64,000 bases of DNA from a virus: positions 1-64,000 of IMG/VR virus record IMGVR_UViG_3300042520_002054; one strand, 5' to 3'. Every line of letters begins with the position of its first letter. Positions within the stretch are counted from its first letter, which is position 1. A model generated the notes under the pieces. That model was not told the DNA's origin. It searched no databases and saw only the letters and a program-made list of their open reading frames with translations. A program made the translations under genes and the position numbers. Below, one piece after another: positions 56,117 through 64,000 of this stretch.

Positions 56117-57136
56117 TTGTATATCTTAGCAGTCCATTTACTATCCATGAATAAACCAACATCGCTTCCTAGTGCATATAAACACATTAGTGTAGGATAT
56201 GCGGAAGCACTCGATCACATTTATAAAAGAAAGATCGGTGAAGTACGATCTCTAGTAACCCCATGGAAAAGATTTAACAATGCCATCATGGGAGGACTTG
56301 ATTGGAACACAATCAACGTCATTGCAGGAAGACCAGGTTCAGGTAAAACCCTGATGTCTTCAATTATTTCACGTCAAGCATTTAATCTTAATCCTAAAGA
56401 CAAGATTGCTGTATTAGACTTTCAATTTGAGATGCTTACAAGAACTAGTGCTCAACGAGAACTCGCTGGTGCATTAAGTAAAAGTATGCATGAATTGAAT
56501 AGTGTGGGTTACGCTTTGTCTGATGCAGATTTTGAAGCAGCTCGTAGATATGTCGCATCTATTCCAAAAGATTTACCAATTTATTCTGTTGAAAAACCAC
56601 AGACAGTAGCTGGTATCAAGGAAGCAGTGCGTATATATGCTGAACATATGCCAGATAGAAAAATAATTATAACCTTAGACCATACTCTTCTTGTAAAAGG
56701 AAGTTCTGAAGAACGTTCTGTTACAGATAAACTGTATGGATTAGGTGAAGCTCTTACCGAACTAAAACGAACTTATAACTGCATGTTTATTGTCCTTACT
56801 CAGATGAATAGGGATATTGAAGGTGTAGAACGAAGAAAACCTCGAAGTGCTGGAAACTTTCCAACACCTAGTGATGTGTTTGGTTCAGATGCTTTACTGC
56901 AACATGCAGACACCTTAATTGCAATTAACAGACCTGCAGATTTCAACATATTTGAATATGGCGCACCTGGTTTTGTTATTCATGACAAAAACGTAATGGC
57001 TGTGCATATATTAAAATCACGTAACTCTGAAACAGGTATGCTTTGGTTTTTAGGTGAGTTTAAAAAAATGAACTTACTAGAACTAGAAGAAACACACCCT
57101 TATTACCCCGTATCCACAGTACCAATTAAAAAGTAA
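56117..57136 (+). CDS. dnaB: DnaB-like replicative helicase
   Basis: IAGRPGSGKT, FEM, LDH, LTQMNR, SDALLQHAD, KSRN. Confidence 0.9.
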   Translation: MYILAVHLLSMNKPTSLPSAYKHISVGYAEALDHIYKRKIGEVRSLVTPWKRFNNAIMGGLDWNTINVIAGRPGSGKTLMSSIISRQAFNLNPKDKIAVLDFQFEMLTRTSAQRELAGALSKSMHELNSVGYALSDADFEAARRYVASIPKDLPIYSVEKPQTVAGIKEAVRIYAEHMPDRKIIITLDHTLLVKGSSEERSVTDKLYGLGEALTELKRTYNCMFIVLTQMNRDIEGVERRKPRSAGNFPTPSDVFGSDALLQHADTLIAINRPADFNIFEYGAPGFVIHDKNVMAVHILKSRNSETGMLWFLGEFKKMNLLELEETHPYYPVSTVPIKK

Positions 57137-57139
57137 AGT

Positions 57140-57700
57140 ATGTATTCAACACCATTATCTGAAGAAAAACCTACTTACACAAAACCAGATTCTGAAGTAA
57201 GAATCGAAAAAACGAAAGCAATTAAAGATTTTTGGAAGGAAGCTTTAGTTGCTACTACATTCAAAGGAATGTATGTTGTCCCAAAAGTATTATACAAACC
57301 TTCCGGTAAAAGCTATGATGTAATTAGCTGTTATGCAACCGAGCTATCTAAAGGTGATATGCTTGTAGAGTACGTCAATTTTCAATATGACGTAATTGAT
57401 GAAGATAGGACACTATACTTGCTAAGGTATAATCCAAACTTCGAGAGTGAATATGAAGATCGTGGTAATGGTAGTTTTACCATTAAAGCGGAAAAATTAC
57501 AGAAAGTTGTAAGCTACAATGATTTACGTAGTGCTTCTACTGAAAGAACAGAAGAAGAAGTTGCAACTTTTTTAGAACAAGGTGAGCAAGAGGATGCTAA
57601 TTTTAACAAGCTTACTGTACGTGACTTGTATGCAATTATCCAAAACAAACCTGTTTCTAACAAACCTTGGTTAAATAAGGTCATTTTGAAAAACAAATAG
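57140..57700 (+). CDS. Conserved replication-block hypothetical protein
   Basis: C-terminal LTVRDLYAI....PVSNKPWLN. Confidence 0.65.
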   Translation: MYSTPLSEEKPTYTKPDSEVRIEKTKAIKDFWKEALVATTFKGMYVVPKVLYKPSGKSYDVISCYATELSKGDMLVEYVNFQYDVIDEDRTLYLLRYNPNFESEYEDRGNGSFTIKAEKLQKVVSYNDLRSASTERTEEEVATFLEQGEQEDANFNKLTVRDLYAIIQNKPVSNKPWLNKVILKNK

Positions 57701-57701
57701 T

Positions 57702-58487
57702 ATGACAGCAACGACAGAAGCAAAAAGACCAGCAGCTGTTTCTGCGCCGGGAATTGTACTCCCGACAAAGAAATCACCAGCACTAACTAAAAGTCCTAAG
57801 ACACTTGTGATTTTTAGTAAACCAAAAGTTGGTAAGACAAGCTTGCTTGCAGGACTTGAGAACTGTTTAATTCTCGACTTAGAGAATGGAACAGATTACT
57901 TAGAAGCTATGAAGCTAAAAGTAAGTTCTGCGCAAGACATCAAACCAATTGTATCAGCAATTATTGAAGCGGGTAAACCGTACAAATACATTGCTATTGA
58001 CACAATCACAGCACTAGAAGACATGTGTATTCCGGTAGCTGAGCGATTGTACAGTGATTCACCAATGGGTAAAAATTGGTTTACAGAAGGAAAACCAAAA
58101 TATGGTTCTATTCTAAACCTACCCAATGGTGCAGGATATCCCTGGTTGCGTGAAGCATTTACCAGAGCTATTGAACTCATCCGTCACGCTGCGGATAATA
58201 TCATTCTAATAGGTCATATTAAAGACACTCTATTAGAAAAAAATGGAGCTGAATTTTCAGCACTAGACTTAGACTTAACAGGAAAATTGAAACGCATCAC
58301 AACATCAAATGCTGATGCAATAGGTTACCTGTATCGTAAAGGAGACAAAAACTTTTTAAGTTTCAAAACAACAGATGAAATCAGTTGTGGTGCTCGACCT
58401 GAGCATTTGCGTAACAAAGAGTTTGTAATCTCTGAAGTAACAGATAGTGGGCTTGTCACTCACTGGAACGAAATATACATCGACTAA
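57702..58487 (+). CDS. AAA_24/Sak4-like P-loop ATPase
   Basis: SKPKVGKTS, LDLENG, IAIDTIT, ILIGH, ADAIGY. Confidence 0.85.
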   Translation: MTATTEAKRPAAVSAPGIVLPTKKSPALTKSPKTLVIFSKPKVGKTSLLAGLENCLILDLENGTDYLEAMKLKVSSAQDIKPIVSAIIEAGKPYKYIAIDTITALEDMCIPVAERLYSDSPMGKNWFTEGKPKYGSILNLPNGAGYPWLREAFTRAIELIRHAADNIILIGHIKDTLLEKNGAEFSALDLDLTGKLKRITTSNADAIGYLYRKGDKNFLSFKTTDEISCGARPEHLRNKEFVISEVTDSGLVTHWNEIYID

Positions 58488-58518
58488 ACTAAACATTTAA
58501 CTTTAAATAATAAAAACC

Positions 58519-59250
58519 ATGAATTTCAGAATTGACGATTTTGACGTAAACAAAGATCTCAACCAGTCAGGTGGAAACAGTAATTCACCACTTCTTGAAC
58601 CAGGTACTCACCAAGTTCGTTTGGTAGACATGTACTTGAAAACACCAGGTTATGATGCAAAAAAGGAAAAGTATGAACTTATCCTAGTTCTAGAAGGACC
58701 TAATATGGGACCTGATTTTAAAGGATGGTTGAAAGATCCTATGAATCCTAGTCGTGGAAGCTTTGAAGGTAAAAGTGCAAATGTCAAGCATGACTTCTGG
58801 GCATTTAGTACATACACCAATAAGCGTGGTGAAAATGTAGATCGTGACCAACAGATTTTCCGTTGGGTAAATTCGTTTGCATTTTACATTGGTAAAATGG
58901 AAGCATTGCGTGCAGCAAATATTGATGAAGCTACTATTGAAGACTATGTAGCAGCAGCAAAAAATGTTTTAGCTGATGTAAATCACTGGTTCTACGCAAC
59001 AGTTGCTGGACAGCAGTACAAGAACAAAAATGGTTATGACGCATTTACATTGTTCTTTCCTAAACCTACTAAGCTTCAGCAACCTTATGCATACTCACCT
59101 GATGGTGACATGCCTGGAAATATTCTTGCGTTTAATCCTGAAGAACACATTACTGTTAAAAAAGAGCGTGAAGCTGAACCATTGTCTGATGGTTTTAGCG
59201 TAAATGGTAGTTATGCACCAGCAAATGGTTTTAACGACTTGTCACTCTAA
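58519..59250 (+). CDS. Putative single-stranded DNA-binding protein
   Basis: LEPGTHQVRL N-terminus, acidic/aromatic tail; between Sak4-like ATPase and primase. Confidence 0.5.
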   Translation: MNFRIDDFDVNKDLNQSGGNSNSPLLEPGTHQVRLVDMYLKTPGYDAKKEKYELILVLEGPNMGPDFKGWLKDPMNPSRGSFEGKSANVKHDFWAFSTYTNKRGENVDRDQQIFRWVNSFAFYIGKMEALRAANIDEATIEDYVAAAKNVLADVNHWFYATVAGQQYKNKNGYDAFTLFFPKPTKLQQPYAYSPDGDMPGNILAFNPEEHITVKKEREAEPLSDGFSVNGSYAPANGFNDLSL

Positions 59251-59310
59251 TTTTTAACTGATAGTAAAATGGGGTGTAGTTAACGCTGCACCCCATTATT
59301 TTATAATTGT

Positions 59311-60321
59311 ATGTTCAGGGTTCGAGATTATGTCCACGATTTTACAGAAGTACCTTCCACATGGATCTTTGAGTACTATCTCAATTTATCTCAACAACTG
59401 CACGGACAAACAGTCTTAATACGCAGTGTGTTTAACAGTAAGGACAAAAATCCTTCGCTGTCTATTTATTACAATCGTCACCTCCAACAGTACAGGTTCA
59501 AATGTTTTTCGACAGGTATAGGAGGTTCGGCGATCGACCTTATGCAACACTTATGGAAGGTTGATTTTCATACTGCAACTAAAAAGATAATTGACGACTA
59601 TGTTCAATTTATTAACAGCGGTAAGAGTTTCAATCGAACTATTTATGAAGGTGCTACATGGAGAGTCAAGGATTACACACCTCGAATCTGGAATACAAAC
59701 GACGCTAAATACTGGACACCTTTCAATATTGACAGTAAACTTTTAGAAAAATACAATGTGGTTCCTTTGGACAACTATGTAATGTTTCGTAAAAAAGGTT
59801 CTGAATGTCAAGATGATGAGTCCTTTATCACTAAAAGTGAATACATATATGGTTTCTTTAACCGAGATGGTAAATTGTATAAAATTTATCGACCGTTAGA
59901 TAAAGAACGCAAATTCTTAAAGATTGGAAACTACTTACAGGGATTGGACCAGTTAGAAATGCTGGATTACCTTGTAATAGTTTCCTCTCTTAAGGATATA
60001 ATGTGTATGAAATCTTTAGGTTTTAAGGTAGATTTAGTTGCGCCAGATAGTGAAAACTCGACATTGTCAGAACAGCAAATAGATGAATTCAAAGCAAACT
60101 ATAAAGCTGTTATAACTCTATTTGACAATGATGATGCAGGTATTAAAAACATGAAGAAATACGAGGAGTTGTATAAACTCCCCTTTGTGTATTTACCTAT
60201 GAGTAAAGATGTAAGTGACTCTGTAAAGCAGTTCGGTAAAGAGAAAGTTCTATATGAACTTGCACCAAGGTTGCAACGAGCGATTGAAAAATATGAAGAA
60301 TATCATCCTGAAAATACGTGA
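59311..60321 (+). CDS. dnaG: DNA primase (TOPRIM)
   Basis: DKNPSL...FKCFSTG.GG, SSLKD, LFDNDDAG, KDVSD. Confidence 0.85.
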   Translation: MFRVRDYVHDFTEVPSTWIFEYYLNLSQQLHGQTVLIRSVFNSKDKNPSLSIYYNRHLQQYRFKCFSTGIGGSAIDLMQHLWKVDFHTATKKIIDDYVQFINSGKSFNRTIYEGATWRVKDYTPRIWNTNDAKYWTPFNIDSKLLEKYNVVPLDNYVMFRKKGSECQDDESFITKSEYIYGFFNRDGKLYKIYRPLDKERKFLKIGNYLQGLDQLEMLDYLVIVSSLKDIMCMKSLGFKVDLVAPDSENSTLSEQQIDEFKANYKAVITLFDNDDAGIKNMKKYEELYKLPFVYLPMSKDVSDSVKQFGKEKVLYELAPRLQRAIEKYEEYHPENT

Positions 60322-60361
60322 GTTCTACAAAATAAGTTAAATTTGTAGAAATCCGTATCCT

Positions 60362-60793
60362 ATGTTGATATTCATACCAGGTGCTGTACCCTCGTCCAAA
60401 AACAGCAGAATCCGTACAAAGTCAGGTTTATTCATTGCATCTAAAGCAACACAAACCTGGAGAAAAAATACAATGCAATACTGGAGTCTGTATCGAAAAG
60501 CTTTTGTAGAACAGTGTATTGGCAAGTCTCAACCTTTCTTTATTGGTTTTCATTTTGTACGGGGTACTAAACACCGTTGGGATTTTATCAATCCTTGTCA
60601 AACTATTCAAGATGAAATGACCCATCATGGGTGGTTAACAGATGACTCTGTTGACGAAATGTTACCCCTACCCTTAAAAGTAGACGGTAATTACTGGTCT
60701 TACGATAAGAACCATGCGGGTGTATATATAAAAGTATTATCTACACCTGAAGAAGCAAATTTTAATTTTTCAAAGACCGCAGTACATGTATAA
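60362..60793 (+). CDS. RusA-like Holliday junction resolvase
   Basis: VPSSKN...DFIN.....QD......W..DD. Confidence 0.7.
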   Translation: MLIFIPGAVPSSKNSRIRTKSGLFIASKATQTWRKNTMQYWSLYRKAFVEQCIGKSQPFFIGFHFVRGTKHRWDFINPCQTIQDEMTHHGWLTDDSVDEMLPLPLKVDGNYWSYDKNHAGVYIKVLSTPEEANFNFSKTAVHV

Positions 60794-61826
60794 ATTTAAT
60801 TCAGACGCAATCGACGCAGGCACTAGACTTAGACTTGAAGAAGAATTTTTTTCAAATAGGTTTACATTGTCATATAGCGGATTAAACAGATTGCTTTATT
60901 CCCCGCAGTTATTCTACAACGACTATGTGCTTAAAGGTAAGCAGGAGTCTGTTGACAAATATTTGGTTGAAGGTAAGTTGATTCATTGTCTATTACTTAC
61001 ACCACATGAATTTGACAAACAATTTGCTATTACACCGAAGGATCTTCCATCAGATAGCGCAAAAGCATTATTGCACACTTTGTTTAATCATCACTCTGAG
61101 CTTTCAAAAACAGAGGATTATGATGGTCGTACACAATTGGAAGAATACGGTAACGCAGTATTAGATATTCTTACAGATATGAATCTTCATCAGTCGCTTA
61201 AAACTGATGCTCAAAGGTTAGAGAAAATCATTATTGATAAGAATATTGAGTATTGGAATTACCTGCTTAATGCTGATGGTAGAAGCATTGTTGATGACAA
61301 TCAAATGGAATTTGCTAAACAAGTTGTAGAAACTATTAAAGCAAAATCTAGGATTAATCAATTGATGGGACTTACCGTAGATCCTTTTGATAAAGTTCAG
61401 GTCCTGAACGAGTTTTATGTACATCTACCAGCTGAACATTTACCTTTTGATCTTAAAGGGTTTATTGACAACTTGGTTATTGATCATAATGCTAAAATTA
61501 TCAGGATTAATGATTTGAAAAAGTCTTCAAAAGATATTCAAAACTTCAAAGATTCGATTGATTACTATCGTTATGACTTGCAAGCAGCAATGTATTATAC
61601 ATTGATTGTCAATACATTAGCTAAAGAGTATGGTTACGATGTAGAGTTTCGATTTATTGTAGTAGACTCTTTGATGCAAGTAGCTCCTTATAAGGTTTCA
61701 GCAAAGACTATGGAGGAATGGGTCAATAATCTCAACACTAAATTGGAAGAAGCATCTTACCATTTTGAGAAAAGAGATTTCGATCTCCCTTATCTATTTG
61801 CAGTAAACCAAGAAGTAGAGCTATGA
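60786..61826 (+). CDS. PD-(D/E)XK exonuclease (RecE/DUF3799-like)
   Basis: LSYSGL, G.LIHC.LL, KGFIDNL, INDLKK, Y.YDLQAAMY. Confidence 0.85.
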   Translation: MYKFNSDAIDAGTRLRLEEEFFSNRFTLSYSGLNRLLYSPQLFYNDYVLKGKQESVDKYLVEGKLIHCLLLTPHEFDKQFAITPKDLPSDSAKALLHTLFNHHSELSKTEDYDGRTQLEEYGNAVLDILTDMNLHQSLKTDAQRLEKIIIDKNIEYWNYLLNADGRSIVDDNQMEFAKQVVETIKAKSRINQLMGLTVDPFDKVQVLNEFYVHLPAEHLPFDLKGFIDNLVIDHNAKIIRINDLKKSSKDIQNFKDSIDYYRYDLQAAMYYTLIVNTLAKEYGYDVEFRFIVVDSLMQVAPYKVSAKTMEEWVNNLNTKLEEASYHFEKRDFDLPYLFAVNQEVEL

Positions 61827-62392
61827 TTCAAGATCTGTATAAGACTTATTTTCAAAAATCCAAGGTATTTCTATATCCTCTCATAGGGATAAGTAGAAAG
61901 GCAGCTTACCGTCCCAGCAATACTTATATTGCTTGGGATGGTAGGTTCACACCTGAAGACTGCAAACTAATTGCAGTTTACAAGGTTGACGATTCTGATG
62001 AGTGGAAGCAGTTCCATTTAAATATTCTGCTGAAGAATAGGATGTTTAATTCATTCTATACTTCCAAGGATTTGACTGAGAATATCTATGTATTTGATCT
62101 GTTTTATCATAAAGCTGATTATAAGCATATTATAAGAGGTCAATACTCTAAAATACAATCACATCCTAGAGGTTTAATTCTTAACCATTTCGGACATAAT
62201 ACACCTGAGTGGGCATATGTAGAAAGTTTCTTAATTCCTAAGAAGCACTTCAAACAATATGCTGAAATGCTAGGTGTCGATCAAGAAGATCTAGAATCTG
62301 TAGGTGAATTGTGTTCACCACCAGATTTAGAAAAAGAAACTTTATCTCTAGAAACAGTTGATTATTTTGGAGAACTTGTCAAAGAAATTTAA
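61823..62392 (+). CDS. Conserved hypothetical protein
   Basis: FLYPLIG...GQYSK...ELCS.PD..KET. Confidence 0.65.
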   Translation: MIQDLYKTYFQKSKVFLYPLIGISRKAAYRPSNTYIAWDGRFTPEDCKLIAVYKVDDSDEWKQFHLNILLKNRMFNSFYTSKDLTENIYVFDLFYHKADYKHIIRGQYSKIQSHPRGLILNHFGHNTPEWAYVESFLIPKKHFKQYAEMLGVDQEDLESVGELCSPPDLEKETLSLETVDYFGELVKEI

Positions 62393-62422
62393 TTTTGTAG
62401 AACTCATAAAAAAACCAATGTC

Positions 62423-62785
62423 ATGGCAGAAAAATCAATGCTTGTAACAACTATGGAATGGAACGGTACACCGACATTCCGAATGATTCCTATTAACATC
62501 GACTGTCCTTATGTAGATGTAATTTTTGATCCTCGTGAAAAAACTCTTGCTGTTATCAGTTCAAGTGTTAAAGAAAAACCTCAAATGTTACCTAAGCTAA
62601 ACGACAAGGGACAATTGATGCAATTACGTGGTAATGATTACGCTCAAGAACGTCGTATCATGGAAGCTTATTATGAATACTATATCCAAGATTTGACGGA
62701 TATTGAAACTTTTGTAAAGCACTTTGCTGTAAACTCAGATCACCCAGTGATTAAAACAGCAATCGAAACAGATTATAATAAGTGA
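62423..62785 (+). CDS. Conserved hypothetical protein
   Basis: 120 aa; TAATTTTGTAGAAC promoter at 62390-62403. Confidence 0.65.
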   Translation: MAEKSMLVTTMEWNGTPTFRMIPINIDCPYVDVIFDPREKTLAVISSSVKEKPQMLPKLNDKGQLMQLRGNDYAQERRIMEAYYEYYIQDLTDIETFVKHFAVNSDHPVIKTAIETDYNK

Positions 62786-62809
62786 TTACAATAGTTTCAT
62801 CCCGTGTCT

Positions 62810-64000
62810 ATGAATCGTACATTTTGGATAATGGACTATGAAACAATAGTAAATTGTTTTATAGCTGTTTTTGAAGCGTATGACCGGGATGAACGTAAAG
62901 TATTTGTAATTAATCGTGACAGAAATGACGCTGTTGCATTTATCAAATTTCTTGATGAATGTATTGTAAGTGACAGCTGGCACTTTGGTTACAATAATAT
63001 TGCTTTTGACGCCCAGATTACGCAGTATATACTGGTAAACCGTGAAGCTATACTAAAAGGTAGTAGTGATGAAGTCACTATGATGATCGCTCAGTATGCC
63101 GGAACGGTAATTAATAAATCTAGGAACAATGAGTTCCATGATTTTAGAGAAGAAGACTTTTCTATCAAAGTGATTGACATTTTTAAACTCAATCACTGGG
63201 ATAATCCTGCTAAAAGATCAAGCTTAAAGTGGATACAATACTCTTTAGATTGGAATAATGTACAAGAAATGCCGCATAAACACACTAATCCTGTGTTAAC
63301 GAATGAAGTACTAAACGATCTGATAGGATATTGTATTAACGACGTTGCTTCTACTAAAAACATTTTTCATTACAAAGATGAGAAAGGTGTAGAAGTAATG
63401 AAAGAGCAAATACGACTGCGTTCTGAACTCAGTAAGCAGTATGGTATAAATCTTTACAGTGCTTCTGAGCCACGCATAAGTAAAGAAATGTTCTTACACT
63501 TTTTGAGCGAGCGTCTAAATCAGGATAAACGCACCATTAGAGGATATCGAACTAGCAGAAATAAGATTCAGATAAGTGATGTTCTATTACCATACATTGA
63601 TTTCCATACGCCGGAATTCAAAGCTATGTTCAACTGGTTTAAAAACCTTTCAATAGAAATCAGAGAAGAAAACACTTCTGACACAGAGAATAAAGGTCCT
63701 AAATATACAATGCACTATAAAGGTGTAGAAACTGTATATGGTTTAGGTGGATTACATGGTTGTGCTAAACCAGGTATTTACGAAGCCAAAGACGATATGA
63801 TTCTTGTGACAGCAGATGTTACATCTTTTTATCCGAATCTAGCTATACGCAACAAGTGGAGTCCTGCTCACATTAAAAATGATGTATTCTGTGAGCTTTA
63901 TGAATGGTTCTTTGAAGAGCGTAAAAAGTATCCTAAAGGTTCTACTCTCAATTATCTTTTTAAGATTATTCTAAACTCAACGTATGGTCTAAGTAAGAAT
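62810..64000 (+). CDS. polB: Family B DNA polymerase (partial, runs off the right edge)
   Basis: Not in the ORF track. ATG at 62810: MNRTFWIMDYET (ExoI), GYNNIAFD (ExoII), YCINDV (ExoIII), in-frame DVTSFYPN (motif A, 63815) and KIILNSTYG (motif B, 63962). Confidence 0.93.
   Translation, partial: MNRTFWIMDYETIVNCFIAVFEAYDRDERKVFVINRDRNDAVAFIKFLDECIVSDSWHFGYNNIAFDAQITQYILVNREAILKGSSDEVTMMIAQYAGTVINKSRNNEFHDFREEDFSIKVIDIFKLNHWDNPAKRSSLKWIQYSLDWNNVQEMPHKHTNPVLTNEVLNDLIGYCINDVASTKNIFHYKDEKGVEVMKEQIRLRSELSKQYGINLYSASEPRISKEMFLHFLSERLNQDKRTIRGYRTSRNKIQISDVLLPYIDFHTPEFKAMFNWFKNLSIEIREENTSDTENKGPKYTMHYKGVETVYGLGGLHGCAKPGIYEAKDDMILVTADVTSFYPNLAIRNKWSPAHIKNDVFCELYEWFFEERKKYPKGSTLNYLFKIILNSTYGLSKN

Overview
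This window is about 64 kb of an AT-rich crAss-like (Crassvirales-type) bacteriophage genome in the standard genetic code. Bacteroidota-type TAnnTTTG promoters and a Bacteroidota-type integrase suggest a Bacteroidota host. Positions 1-29.3 kb on the minus strand hold the virion block: terminase, portal, scaffold-like protein, major capsid protein, ring and tail proteins, Cys-rich fibre or decoration proteins, GroES and two tRNAs. A short mixed block at 29.4-32.9 kb (PRTase, PhoH, tRNA-Arg) is followed by a GC-rich junction at about 32.9-33.1 kb and a putative early region with small genes and structured non-coding DNA. The rest is a plus-strand middle and replication block: MoxR-vWA, SplB-like radical SAM, dUTPase, integrase, helicases, UDG, primase, nucleases and a partial family B polymerase. 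The most notable observations are: (1) a tyrosine integrase directly downstream of an attP-like 3' half of tRNA-Asp, plus a near-consensus parS site, which suggests a temperate or host-maintained lifestyle; (2) two tRNA-like RNAs with an expanded or branched arm in place of the anticodon, within two islands of structured ncRNA candidates; (3) three tandem thrombospondin type-1 repeats in a probable virion protein; (4) a TAC(T/C)CACCA(T/C)C motif confined to the early region and a window-wide TTCTACAA/TTGTAGAA promoter-operator motif; (5) an uncharacterised His-rich gene cassette next to the radical SAM gene. All calls come from reading motifs by eye. No database searches or folding programs were run.
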